Positions 35,999 to 48,381 of a stretch of DNA of 64,000 nucleotides are shown piece by piece. The stretch spans positions 25,792,001 through 25,856,000 of the forward strand of contig NC_135667.1 of assembly GCF_964188315.1 (NCBI RefSeq), written 5' to 3'. The notes under the pieces were generated by a model, which had not been told where the DNA came from, did no database searches, and saw only the letters and a list, made by a program, of their open reading frames with translations. This stretch comes from Podarcis muralis. Lineage: Eukaryota. Each line of letters opens with the position of its first letter. Within the stretch, counting starts at the first letter, position 1. Position numbers and translations under genes: made by a program.

Positions 35999-36122
35999 GT
36001 TCCACAATCTATCTGCACCAAGAGCTGCCTTGAAGGTCAGCATAAGATAGCCATTGAAGGGAATCCTGTCTGTTGCTTTGCTTGTTCTCCATGCCCAGAA
36101 GGAACATTTTCTAACTACACAA
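35999..36122 (+). CDS. V2R exon 5 (124 bp, cysteine-rich NCD3G domain)
   Basis: ttttag|VPQSICTKSCLEGQHKIAIEGNPVCCFACSPCPEGTFSNYT+A|GTAAGA, phase 1. Confidence 0.95.
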
Positions 36123-36798
36123 GTAAGAGCTATGGAGAGATCATGTCTTGCAAAAACCTGGAATATAGTCAATGTCCTGTGAATTTCAGACCCACACATA
36201 TAGCTCTGAAAAATCAGGAGGGACTTCGTTCTTTGCAAATGATCTGTATGCAAATACTCTATGATATGTAAAGAAGGGTGTTTTTGTTTGTTTTTTTACA
36301 ATTCATTCATTTTATCAGAGGGCATCATAATAACCTATTTGATTAGAAAGAAGTGGTCTCAGAATTTTATGGGGGTGGTTGGAACAAGAGCTCTGGCCAC
36401 TAAACCCCAGAGGGGACTTATGGGTGCAGGAGAGATCAGAAGAAGCCCCAAGCTGCCAAACTCACACATTATGACATTTTTTAAAGAGGATGCTGGCACC
36501 AGTGCCACTGCTGATACTAAGATAAGCAGATCCCCCTCATCTGAACAGATGAGTTTACTTTCCAACCTAAGGGGAGATGGAGCTCAGTTTTTGGTGTGAA
36601 AAAACTGGGCAAACAGTTTGTAACTACAGGAAGGAGACACATGCACCTTTAGAGAATATTATCAAACTATCAGGAGCTCACACTGCATGCCATGTCCGTT
36701 GCTGAGACTAAAATGGATTGTCTTTGCATCACTTCAGTTGGATGTCCTGGCTGCAAAACATTCCCCCCTCAATTTTAATGTTTCTTCCTTTCATTCAG

Positions 36799-37718
36799 AT
36801 GCAGATCGTTGTGAGAAATGCCCAGAAGATCAGTACCCAAATCCAGATAAAACAAACTGTATTCCAAAGTCAGTCACATTTTTGTCATTTCATGAGCCTT
36901 TGGGGATTGGTTTGGCTGGGATAGCTGGTTCCCTTTTTCTTATCACAATTTTGGTGCTAGGGGTTTTTATTAAGAACCAGGATACTCCCATTGTAAAAGC
37001 CAACAATCGGAATCTTACCTACACCCTTCTCGTTACCCTGATGCTCTGCTTTCTTTGTTCCTTCCTATTTATTGGCCAGCCTGGAAAAGTGACTTGCCTT
37101 CTTCGACAAACTACTTTTGGGATTATATTTTCTGCTTCTATTTCTTGTGTCCTGGCAAAGACTGTCACTGTGGTTCTGGCTTTCATGGCCACCAAGCCTG
37201 GAAATAAGATTAGGAAATGGAATGGAACAAAATTGACAAACTCCATCACTCTTTTCTGTACCCTTGCTCAAGTTATCATCTGTATTGCCTGGCTTAAATC
37301 CTCTCCTCCATTCCCTGATTTTGACTTTGAATCTGAGGCTAATCACATAGTAATCCAGTGTAATGAAGGAGCTGCCCATATGTTCTACACAGTCCTTGGT
37401 TACATGGCCTTTCTTGCTATTGTAAGCTTCTCTGTAGCTTTTCTAGCCAGGAAGCTGCCAGACATTTTCAATGAAGCCAAGTTCATCACCTTCAGCATGC
37501 TGATTTTTTGCAGCATTTGGATCTCATTTATTCCCACATATTTCAGCACTAAAGGGAAGTTTATGGTGGCTGTAGAGGTCTTCTCCATTTTAGCCTCCAG
37601 TGCAGGCTTGCTGGGGTGCATCTTCTTCCCCAAAGTCTACATTATTGTCATGAGGCCTGACCAGAACACCAAAAGGAAATTACTAAAGAAATCAAATGCT
37701 GGAACAAATGAGTTATAA
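36799..37718 (+). CDS. V2R exon 6 (end of cysteine-rich domain + 7TM class C GPCR domain)
   Basis: ttcag|AT GCA; [84 protein letters not shown] at 37716-37718. The spliced CDS totals 2601 nt = 866 aa + stop. Confidence 0.96.
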
Positions 37719-38133
37719 GAATAAAAGACTCTTTTGCTCTTAAATTCCTAGCAAGGAAAGAAGGACTCTTGGAAAACATGTCCAAAAAAATCATCATTAT
37801 GTGCCATCATTCCCATAGTCATTCAGATCAAGTAGTGCAGTAGAGTACAGCCCCCAGCAACCCAAATGCTTCTTCATATTTTGGAGCAAAGGAAAAGAAT
37901 ATGCAAAACCACTTAATCTAATGACAAAGGTGTCTTTGTCATTTTCAGAAATGTATCCCATTCACCTACCATTTCTTGCCAAAAAGAAAAGCCAGACTAA
38001 TATTTCTGGTGAAAACTATCATGAAGGTAAGGCCATAGAGAGGATGCATAACAAAAACAACTTTAATACAAATTGTTATGAAGTGAGAAACAACTGACAC
38101 AAGCACACAGTGCCTGAGAGATGATACAGGTAG

Positions 38134-38261
38134 NNNNNNNNNNNNNNNNNNNNNNNNNNNNNNNNNNNNNNNNNNNNNNNNNNNNNNNNNNNNNNNNNNN
38201 NNNNNNNNNNNNNNNNNNNNNNNNNNNNNNNNNNNNNNNNNNNNNNNNNNNNNNNNNNNNN
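38134..38261. other. Assembly gap (N run)
   Basis: 128 N, followed by an L2-like tail fragment (tctggctgggtttccccagcca). Confidence 1.
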
Positions 38262-38497
38262 NTCTGGCTGGGTTTCCCCAGCCATGCAACAACTTGTGTG
38301 CCTAAATATTTGCTTTGTATTCTAGAACCTTCTCAACAAGTGTAAATAAAGAGTGTAAATAAAGAGGTCATAAGAGATAAACTAAAAGTCTCTGTTGTTC
38401 TCTCCTCTGATGGAAACTGATGCCAAGATGGTGTAGGAAATGTGGTCTTTTCAGTCCCACCTAAGAACTCTTTCAGATACCTGCAGCAGAGAACAAG

Positions 38498-38498
<1 letters not shown>

Positions 38499-38539
<41 letters not shown>

Positions 38540-38551
38540 ACACACACACAC
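38499..38551. repeat. (TG)19-CG-(CA)6 compound microsatellite
   Basis: Alternating purine-pyrimidine run read directly. Confidence 0.97.
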
Positions 38552-39474
38552 CCCATTCCATGTAAAGAAGTCAACTGCATAGACAGTTGAATATTTAATA
38601 ATGGCTATAAGTTAGCAGCTTCTAAGACACCTCAAGTCAGCAGAATAATTTGGGCTCAGTAGCACACACAACTCTGTCCTTGAACACTACTTCCTGTCTC
38701 TCAGTATCTGCCACTTGATGCAGAGGCCTCAGTCTGCCTAACATCCCTGAAAGAATGACACTTTTGACTACATGCAAAAAGAGGCAGCAGAGTAGTAGAA
38801 GTTATCTTACAATTTGGGTACCATTTTGTGTAGCAAATTGGTCTTAGTTTAACACATATAGAATTAACTGAAATGGTTAATCCTAGTGAGATATGTTTCA
38901 AAATACACTCCACTACATGAACCCTAGAAGTTGCAGTCATGCCCCAGCTGGCTAAAGCTTCTGCACCACAGTATTTCCACCTCATTAGTGTTTTCAGACC
39001 AATTTCAAATTCAGACTGAATTCTTTGGGAAGGTGGCCATGTTAGTAATGCCAAATCCAGATGGCAATACCCTCAAACATAGTGCCCAATGATGGCACAC
39101 ACATGAAAGCAGTGGATGGTTGGTGGAAGGACCCTGAGTGAGAAGTGGGGAAGAGAAGATATCCCAGAGTGAGAGACTGGGAGGAGATGAAGAGTTTCCA
39201 GATGAGAGCTGGGAGGGTCCACCACTTTCTGTGCATGACAAGGGTTAAGTGCTGCCTTTGAGAGAGGTCTCTGTGTTTTCTCTCTCTCTTCCTTTCTCTG
39301 TTTTGTTTAGATTAGTTTCTTTTATCTTACTGTATTATGAAAAAGCTTTAATAAAATATTATGAGAAAAAGAAGAAGACAGAATTCAACTTGCTTCTTAA
39401 TGGCTTCCGGGACAAAAGAACTGGCTATGACATATATTTAGGATAGGCATATGTGAAAGACCACCTTCACTCAT

Positions 39475-39682
39475 ATTTTTATTTCACATTTTCTCCAAGA
39501 AGTTCAAGGTCGCAAACATAGAACTCTCTCTTCCCATTTTACGCTCAAACCAACCCTGAGCTAGATTAGGTCAAGAGAAAGCGTTTGGCTCAAGGTCACC
39601 CACTTCATTGCTGAGCTGGGATTTGAACCCTGTCTTCCAGGACCTAGTCCAATACTTTAACCACTACACCACACTGGTTCTC
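39475..39682 (-). mobile_element. tRNA-derived SINE
   Basis: On the minus strand, A box TGGTGTAGTGG and B box GGTTCAAATCC, followed by a MIR/Squam-like body and an A-rich tail. Confidence 0.8.
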
Positions 39683-41178
39683 ATATGTATCCCATAAGAG
39701 CCTGCTTGCTTATTAAAATAATCAATGGAGACTCTCTTATGCCTGATGTAAATTTATTTACTATGCATATATTATTTAAACAAAAATACTGATGCTAGCT
39801 TTGGGAATTCTGGGTCTTCCACTCTGGGATTTCTGGATATCTGCAACTAGACCCTAATAATTCCCTCTCTTCATACTCTTACCTTAATTAATTCCCTAGC
39901 GTGTTGAATGTAAACAGATTTGTGGTTGTCATCACAGTAGAGTAGTCCACAAACCTCCGTGCATGACAGTATCATAAGGATATAATGTTGCCTGTTGAGT
40001 GCAGCTCATTTTTCGTCCTGTAAAATCATTCATTTTTCGTTTCTAGAAAGAAAGAAGTGTAACCATGGTTGTTGGGGTACTGTTGTTGCAAATGTGATCT
40101 GGATCATTGTGAATAAATTCAGAAGGGGGAAAAAATAAGGTGATTTTATTTGAAGTTCTTTGTTCACATTTGATCAGCTGCCCATGCAGGAACTACAAGG
40201 AGCAAAGCTGGCTGCTTGATGGTGCCCAACAACTGGATTCTACTTGAATCTCAAGACAGGGTAACAAATAAAAATGGAGACAGCTTGTTTCACTCTAAGA
40301 GGTTGTAGACTCTGCTCGTTAGACTGTAGTGTAGGTTGTGAGGATGTAAAATAAAAGCCTTAATGTAGCACGAAGGAGAGATATGATACAGCATCTTCAG
40401 ATAAGATATTCATGATAATTTGGCCTAAAAGCAAAACATGCCATTCCATTATAATAATGAAATCACCATTGCCTTTTAAATATGTTGCTAAACTTGAATG
40501 ATTTTTTTCAATTTTAGATGATTGGGCAAATGCTTACCAAATTGAAATAGAAGATCTTTAAATAATGCTACGAAATGCTCATTCGTCTTTGCATTTGACA
40601 TGAGATTGACCTGAAAGACCATACTCATGTAATATGAGAATAACATAAATAGAAGAGAAATGTGGTTACATGTAGCACTTAAAATGGCACTTAAGTGGCA
40701 CTTAAGATCCAATAAGCTTTACTTACTCTTATTGCACATGTGTTAGTGCTATCTGAGTGCAGTACTGTCAATTTCCATAGGCAACTAGATTGTTTAAATT
40801 GCTTCTGACAGAGACAAATAAGGAACAACAAACGGAAGTCATGAACAATGGGTTTCATTAAACTGAGTTTTACTCAGAATAGACCTGCTGAAATGAATGA
40901 ACATGAATAAGTCCATTCATTTCAGTGGGTCTTCTCTGAGTAAATATTTGCTTATTTCATTAAAGGTAATCTGTACAACTTCATTTTTTTCATTTTTTTG
41001 CAAACAAGTAAGTTTCAAAGAACCGGTAATATTTGTTAAAAATCTACACTGGTGCCACCTGTGTCTCACCTATAAAATAATTAGAGAAAAGTATGTTTCC
41101 TCTTCTAGAAGCTGTGTGGTATTATACTTCACTATACATATTTATCTGGACTCTTTAGGACTTCTCAGGAGACATGTG

Positions 41179-41426
41179 CAGTGGAACCTCGGGTTGTGAA
41201 CATGATCCATGCGGGAGGCACATTCACAACCCGCAGCGCCGCATCTATGCACTTGTGGGTCGTGATTCAGCACTTCTGCACATGCACAAAGCACGATTTA
41301 GTACTTCTGCGCATGCGTGAGCGCCGAAACTCAGAAGTAACCCATTCTGGTACCCGTTCTGGGTTCAGTGCGGTGCACAACCTGAAAATACATAACCTGA
41401 AGCGTCTGGAACCCAAGGTACCACTG
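41179..41426. mobile_element. Tc1/mariner (Tigger-like) MITE, second subfamily
   Basis: CAGTGGAACCTCGGG ... CCCAAGGTACCACTG|TA. Confidence 0.85.
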
Positions 41427-41736
41427 TATAAGGCTACATTTAGTCTGTTCATGGTATCCAAAGAATAGCAGAAAACCAAAGAGATTTATGTTTTATAGGA
41501 AAAAACCAAACTTCATCAGAAAACAATAAATAATCTGTTCCTTTCATCTGCTGAACCAAGGAACTTGCTTATTAAAAGAATGATCTCCACATTCACACAC
41601 TTGTGCACATGCACATAAAAACTCAGAGTGTAGTCATACTTGTATATTAAATGGTATGTATCAGATTTGAATGATGAAACCTCTATTTCTACCTATTGCC
41701 TTTTGCAGTTCCTTGAAATACCCTGAGGAGCATTTC

Positions 41737-42681
41737 ATGGATAATAAACAATGGAACAATCAAACAATGGTCAAAGAATTCATCCTCCTTGGATTTGGAA
41801 ATATACATTCATTTCAGCTCCTTTTCCTGGTATTTCTAGTGATTTACCTTGTGACCATGTTGGGAAACCTTTTGATTGTCATCTTAGTTGCAGCTGATCA
41901 ACACCTACACACTCCCATGTACTTCTTCCTAGCAAATTTGTCTTCTTTAGAGTCGTGCTACATCTCAACTATTTTGCCCAGAATGCTGAACAGTTTCATA
42001 ACTGGGAACCAGTCTATATCTGTGAATTCTTGTTTCATGCAACTGTATTTCTTTGGGGCCTTGGCTACTGCAGAATGCTATCTGCTTGCTGCTATGTCTT
42101 ACGATCGGTATCTAGCAATCTGCAAACCATTGCATTATATGACCATTATGAATGCCAGGTTCTCCCTGCAACTTTCAAGTGGTTCTTGGGTCATTGGATT
42201 CATCGTTAATACTTTAACAACCTCTTCAATGATGCACTTAATATTCTGTGGACCTAATGAAATCGACCACTTCTTCTGTGATTTTGCACCATTACTTCAA
42301 CTGTCTTGTAACGATACCCTGAAAATACAGCTGCTGATTTTTGTTCTGTCAGCTCTGTTTGGATTGGTGCCATTTCTTTTAACACTTATTTCCTACAGCT
42401 GCATCATAAAAACCATTCTGAGGATCCCATCCACTTTAGGAAGGAAGAAAGCATTTTCCACTTGCTCATCACACCTCATTGTGGTTACCCTCTTTTATGG
42501 CACTATAGTCATTGTATACGTGTTACCAAAAACCAGAACACTTAGAGACCTTAACAAGGTCTGCTCTGTCTTCTACACTGTCTTAACACCCTTGGTGAAT
42601 CCTTTCGTTTACAGCCTGAGAAATAAAGACATTAAACAAGCGTTAAGGAAAGCTGTGAGATATTTTGTCGATAGATCATAA
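41737..42681 (+). CDS. Olfactory receptor (class II), intact, 314 aa
   Basis: MDNKQWNNQT start after a ttttgcag acceptor at 41708; all OR motifs present. Confidence 0.96.
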   Translation: MDNKQWNNQTMVKEFILLGFGNIHSFQLLFLVFLVIYLVTMLGNLLIVILVAADQHLHTPMYFFLANLSSLESCYISTILPRMLNSFITGNQSISVNSCFMQLYFFGALATAECYLLAAMSYDRYLAICKPLHYMTIMNARFSLQLSSGSWVIGFIVNTLTTSSMMHLIFCGPNEIDHFFCDFAPLLQLSCNDTLKIQLLIFVLSALFGLVPFLLTLISYSCIIKTILRIPSTLGRKKAFSTCSSHLIVVTLFYGTIVIVYVLPKTRTLRDLNKVCSVFYTVLTPLVNPFVYSLRNKDIKQALRKAVRYFVDRS

Positions 42682-43128
42682 GCATCATCAGGCTTTCTTC
42701 TGTATACTCCAGGAATGGGGAACTGGTTGGACTTCAACTTACATGAGTTCCAGCTACCATGGATAATGGTCAGGGTTGATGGGAGAAGCAGTTTGGCAAC
42801 ATCTGGAGGGCCTTTTTTATTTAAATAAAAATGTAAAAGCTGCCACTACTATTTCAATGAGATGGCTACCACGATCATACCTTGCTTTCAGAGAAAAGTG
42901 ACTTGTTTGAATTAGAATGCTAAATTGCATATACAGCCTCGTCTGATCCATTCAATTAATATGTATGTGATTATGACAAAAATGCAGGAATCCTGCCCAC
43001 AGCCATTCCTGGCTGGCTTGTACCACAGATGCACTGACCCATTGCGCCACATGACCTGCATCAGATTATTTGGAAGACCTAGGCACCCAAAGGAAAATAT
43101 AGGAAACAGTGTTGTTGTCTCTTATGTG

Positions 43129-43217
43129 GTAAGGAATACATTTGCTGCTACTAAACAGCAGTGTTTCAAATGTCATTTGAAACACTGCTGTTTAGTAGCA
43201 ACAAATATATTCCTTAC
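43129..43217. repeat. Near-perfect 89-bp palindrome
   Basis: A perfect 27-bp inverted repeat (43146-43172 / 43174-43200) with a 1-nt spacer, extending to 44-bp arms with 2 mismatches. Confidence 0.95.
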
Positions 43218-43321
43218 TAAATCTGTCTGAATTGATTTGTCTTTAAAGCTGCTTGTGATAGGAATAAATATGTTCCCCATTCACAAGTCCAGAGCATGTG
43301 CATGAGGTTGCACATAGGTGC

Positions 43322-43417
43322 GATTGCATTGTAGGGAGTTGGACTAGATGATTCTCAGGGTCCCTTCCAACTCTACAATTCTATGATTCTGTGGTTCTAT
43401 GGTTCTATAGTTCTATG
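43322..43417 (+). mobile_element. CR1 LINE 3' end
   Basis: gttggactagatga...gtcccttccaactctacaattctatgattctgtggttctatggttcta. Confidence 0.85.
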
Positions 43418-46173
43418 TAGTGCTGATCTTCCAGAATATAGCAGCTAGCTCATGCCCATAATGTAAGCTCCCTGAGGCACCAAACACCTCACATTGCCAG
43501 CTGGTTACAGTGACTTGTCACTTGGTCTGATGATCCTGGAACTTGGAGGTCTACCCAGCTGAATGCTGGACAGTGTGAGGAAACAGGTTTCCTGTCAGTT
43601 CACAGCTGTGCTAGGTGGCAATAGGAACCTCTTCTAGTTCTAAAGCTAGGGTTTGGGCTTTTACTGGGATGCTGTTGTCCAAAGGCTATTGGCATTCCCT
43701 TGCTGTATGCCAAAATTAATCCCACAAAATGCTTTTGTTCTGTTAATAAAGTTTGACCCTTTAGTCCAACTTTCCTGTGTGCAAGTCTTTATTCTGGGGT
43801 GGGGGTAGGCAGTGCATATGTCTTATGTTGTGAATTATCTTACAATGAACTATCATATCCACCCACTTGTTCAGTTACTCAGTTACTTCACTTGAATAAA
43901 ACAGAAACAGAATTCAAACATTAAGAGGGTCATTCCAGAGTAAGCTCTCAAACCATTTACTGTGCAATCCTAAACATGTCTACTTAGTACTAAGTAGGCC
44001 TGTGCATAGGTCCCACAATCTGCCCTGTGTGGCCTTGATCTGTATCCCCCAGATTGGGCCTATTTGCTCTGAGCTACCCCGGTGGCTACCTACCATACCC
44101 TGGATTCATTCCTGAAGCAATTCATGGAGCAGTGCTAAAATGCTAAAAACAAAACAAAAAAAATAGACAGGAAAGGATGGTTGCCACATCAGATCCTCCC
44201 ACCTGGTAGCTTCTTCCCTATGAGCAGCTCTTTAATGAATGAGTCACTCATGAAGAAACAGCACCATGCAGGGTCAGAACCTCTCACTTAATTGATGTTA
44301 AGCAGAATGGTCCAACTTTACATGGTGCTGGAAGGAGAAGAACCTGGAGGGAAAGAGGAGGAGAACCTGGAGGGTGTATGTTACTTTCACTCATGTTTGC
44401 ATTTCAATGCATTTTTATGCATGCTACTTGGCCGGGAGCTCCATTGCAAAATTTGAAGAAATACAAATTTCAAGGGATGCCAATGTTTGGATTCACATAT
44501 TTTTCAGAATGTGTGAATTAGACGGGTTTGCCTTTAAATGTGAACTGAATTAATTCCCCCCCCCCATCTCTGCTTTGAAACAAGACAATGGTTTTATGTC
44601 ATAAAGCAATTCAATGCTATGATATACATCTTAGATAATTTACTTAGAAGTCAGCCCTACTAGCCTCAGCAGGTCTTACTTCAAAATAAGTTTGTGAACA
44701 GGTTGCAACTTAACTACACATTTAGAGTCTTTTATGAATCTATACAATATAATTCAGTTTTGTCAACTGACCAAAAACATAGTCGTCCCCCCATGAGTAC
44801 CCATTTTTCACTATTGCAGCTTTCATTAGTGTAGATGTAATGTAGGTAATGAATTCCTTAGGCACCTCAAGTTAAAGTTGCCTACACAAGTGACACCAAT
44901 TAAAATGAGTATATAGCAATGAACTGGGAGTGTTTCTTTTCTTATTTTTGCAAATCTATAAGGCCGCGTGCTCTGTGGGATACACTGCACTTTTTTCTGA
45001 CACTGGAAAGATGCTGTAATCAAAACAATCAAATGCACCAATAACACCTCAGAAGCGGTAGGAATTTTTCTCCTTTAGCAAAATTATGAAAAATGCAATA
45101 GAAGCTCTAACTGTGTCCTATCTTAGACATGAATGGAGCATTATTTCCAATAACGTATGTTAATGCAGAAATGAGGAACTTATTAAATGACCTGTATATT
45201 TAATACATTTAGAATTTTGGTCTTCAGCATAACAGCAACCATGAGTTTAATAAGAGAGTGATATCTAGTTCACTAGAAATCATGATTCAAGAATATTTTA
45301 CATCAAACGTTTGTTCTGCTTACTGGTTCAACATTTAGTTCTGAAGAACTTCTGTATGTCTAGATTGAAATAAGAGCTCAAAGTTGAAAAATCAGCCACT
45401 TGTTTTTACCCATCAATGGGGTACATGGATCATTCATGTAGAGGCTCATGGTGCATACAGAGCTTGATGAGTATTGACTTTTAGCAGGGTTAACTGTAAG
45501 CAGGACTTGCTGGTTGCTCTTAAGGGCCTGCTAGAAGCTTCTGTGATGTGAGCCAAAGGTCAAGAACTGAAGGAATGTTGTCCTATCACTCCTTGCGTGA
45601 GGCTTGTGCACCCTATGAGGAGAAAGAAAGTCCAGTACACTCCTGCAAAGGGACTGTGGAAAGGAGTCGTCTTAAATATCCCACATGGAAGAAAGACACC
45701 ATAGACAGTGTGGGTCTTCTATGAAACCTATTGCACCACCACTCCAAATGCAACATAGAAGTAACCAGTTTCTCTCTTTGCGGGTGAAAAACTATGAAAT
45801 AACTTGCAGCTTGGGAGTGTTTTGTTGAATGAGGAAGCCTCTTCTAAGAGAGAGAGCATGCCAACCGGCACAGGGCTGGTGTTAAGGAGCTATTCCTGAT
45901 ATTTTGAATCACTATGAGATTGCATTGAATTGCATTGTTTTGATGAATTGTTTTGTTTAAATTATTGTTTTTGATATTATAGTCATCATAGTGATCATTT
46001 TTTAACACTCTTGTTACTGTGAGCCACTTTGAGCTCAACCTTTGTTGAAAAGCAGAATAAATATGATGTGGCTGAGTTCTGTGTACACCTATGGGATCCA
46101 CATAACAATCTCTGCAGATGTTATTTTCAGGCTGAATGCAACAGAAGCATTGGCTACCATTGTCACAAAACAT

Positions 46174-46372
46174 GGATGTAGCTCAGTGGCAGAGCATGCA
46201 GAAAGTCCCAGTTTCAACCCCTGGCATACCACCCATTCTGTGATTACTTTATGAATAGGCAACATGTGTTGTGAAAGACCTTTGAGACCCCAGAGAGCTG
46301 TTACCAGCTAGAATGAACCATACTCATCTCGATGGATCAGTAGTCTGAGTCAGTATGAGGCAGCTTCATAAG
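46174..46372 (+). mobile_element. tRNA-derived SINE (degraded)
   Basis: A box TAGCTCAGTGG, B-box-like GTTTCAACCCC, tail gatggatcagtagtctgagtcagtatgaggcagcttc. Confidence 0.7.
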
Positions 46373-47035
46373 TTTGGAAATTCTGCAATATTCAGTATTT
46401 TTTATTCACACCCAGTTACCAAAGTAGCAGGAACCAATAAGGTCCCACAATCAACTAAGTTAGCAAATAATACTATTGCGATTACAAGGTTAATTGATAA
46501 AACCACCCCTCATTAGAAGACACTTCCAAGCCAATCTCAACATGTTCATCGAGATATGAACATGCTAAGGTATGCTTTCTCAGATCAACTGATATTTTTT
46601 TTGCCCAAATTCTATATATACAGTATGTGAAATATTAACCTTTATATGAGACTGCTAATGTTTATTTTATGGATATATATCCTGTCTTTGAGAAGACATT
46701 CTCCCTCTTGAACTCTGCAATGTCTGGCTGACATTACACTGCATGCATAGCCCATCCTCTGCTTCAAAGCTCATTCTCCCAAGAAGGTAGAGGCAAAGTT
46801 ACAGACCCATGTCAAATAGAACATTTTGGTGGGTCACTCCTGTATTAAAGAGTTAGTTTTGCAACACCTGCGGAATTATTTCATCTAACCTCTTAATTTG
46901 CCATGTTTCTTACAGATTTCATCCATCTTTGAACTATTAAAAGATCCATGAACAGATTCGATTTTTTAAGAACTGTGTATATGGTTATCTTCACAAGTGT
47001 ACTTCTGTTTCTGTTATTCATGCATAGTAAATGCA

Positions 47036-48013
47036 ATGGGAACCCAGAACTGGAGGAACCAGACAGACTTTTCAGAATTCATTCTCTTGGGATTTAGTGA
47101 TGTTCCTGAACTACAGTTAATTTTCTTTTTGATGTTTCTTCTGATCTACACTGTGACCATGACTGGAAACCTTCTGATTGTTGTTCTTATCATATGTGAC
47201 CAGCATCTCCATACCCCCATGTACTTCTTTCTGGGCAACCTTTCATGCCTGGAGACCTTCTACAGCTCAACCATAGTACCCAGGATGCTAGCAAGTTTCT
47301 TGACTGGAGAGAGGACAATTCCTATGTGGGGCTGTTTTTTACAATATTATTTCTTCGGCTCTCTTGTGGGTTCAGAATGTTATCTGCTGGCTGCTATGTC
47401 TTACGATCGGTATTTAGCAATTTGCAAGCCTCTTCACTATTCAGCCTTAATGAATCATACGTTGTGCATACAGATTATGATGGGATCATGTGCAAGCTGT
47501 TTTCTACTTAACACTATAACAACATATTTGATGTCCCAGCTATCATTTTGTGGTCCTCGTATTCTTGATCATTTCTTCTGTGATTTCACCCCGGTTATAA
47601 AGCTTGCCTGTGGTGATACACAACAGATGGAATTAATGGCTTTCTTCCTCTCTTCCCTAATAGCTCTAGCCCCATTTCTTTTGATTTTGGTGTCCTATGG
47701 TTTGATCATCTCCACTGTCCTAAGAATTCCATCAAACACAGGGAGACGAAAGGCCTTTTCCACTTGTTCATCCCATCTTACGGTGGTTATAGTTTTCTAC
47801 GGAACCCTTGTCATTGTCTACATGTTTCCCAAAACAAACACATTGAAAGACCTGAACAAAGTCTTCTCCATCTTTTATACAGTTCTAACCCCCATTGTCA
47901 ATCCCATTGTATATTGCCTGAGAAACAGAGAGATAAAGGAAGCTATGAGTAAGCTTATCTGTCAGTTGTTCAGTTTTGTAAGAAGTACATTTTTCCACAG
48001 CAGCTTTGGGTAG
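47036..48013 (+). CDS. Olfactory receptor (class II), intact, 325 aa
   Basis: MGTQNWRNQT start after a catag acceptor; LHTPMYFFLGNLS, MSYDRY, KAFSTCSSHL, PIVYCLRNREI. Confidence 0.96.
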   Translation: MGTQNWRNQTDFSEFILLGFSDVPELQLIFFLMFLLIYTVTMTGNLLIVVLIICDQHLHTPMYFFLGNLSCLETFYSSTIVPRMLASFLTGERTIPMWGCFLQYYFFGSLVGSECYLLAAMSYDRYLAICKPLHYSALMNHTLCIQIMMGSCASCFLLNTITTYLMSQLSFCGPRILDHFFCDFTPVIKLACGDTQQMELMAFFLSSLIALAPFLLILVSYGLIISTVLRIPSNTGRRKAFSTCSSHLTVVIVFYGTLVIVYMFPKTNTLKDLNKVFSIFYTVLTPIVNPIVYCLRNREIKEAMSKLICQLFSFVRSTFFHSSFG

Positions 48014-48381
48014 AATGAATAAAGAATTTCTGATTGTGAACTGATATAGGATAATGTCTGGGTTAGATCCAATGAATTGTTTGGCAGATTAAGGCACTTC
48101 TGACAAAAAACACCTTCTTATGAATAGAATACATTCCTCCATCGGAGAAAACTTCTTAGAATCACCCCTCTATGTTGAGTGAGTGAATAAATATTTCTGG
48201 CCATCTCAAATGATATCCAGCTAACTTCATTATTTCCTTCTGACCCAGCTGAAGTTTAAACAATGTGAAGAATATATTTTTGCTTAATCTGTTGCATGAA
48301 CATAGAAGCTTCTCTATGTGTTTCATATCAGTGTCACTGAATTGTTATCTACTATTGGAATAAGAAAAATGATGACGGTCA

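Noticed and set aside
30081-37718. ORFs 30081, 30952, 31550, 34498 and 36687 as independent genes
   Set aside because: Each is a V2R exon with read-through into intron; splice sites join them into one CDS.
3171-38345. ORF-track entries spanning N runs (3171-3491, 14584-14845, 37966-38345 etc.)
   Set aside because: They are artefacts of undefined bases lacking stop codons.
40869-40944. 31-bp imperfect hairpin resembling a pre-miRNA
   Set aside because: It resembles an abundant palindromic lizard MITE (tttactcaga...ctgagtaaa) with other relics near 1880-1950, 44640-44700 and 54150-54220, so it is most simply a repeat.
26130-45830. Further LTR-like stretches (about 26130-26400, 38900-39430, 43416-43820, 45430-45830)
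   Set aside because: No consistent termini or TSD; left unannotated.
39600-46230. tRNA-like sequences at about 39610-39682 (-) and 46174-46226 (+)
   Set aside because: They have A/B boxes but no complete cloverleaf and continue into SINE bodies, so they are not tRNA genes.
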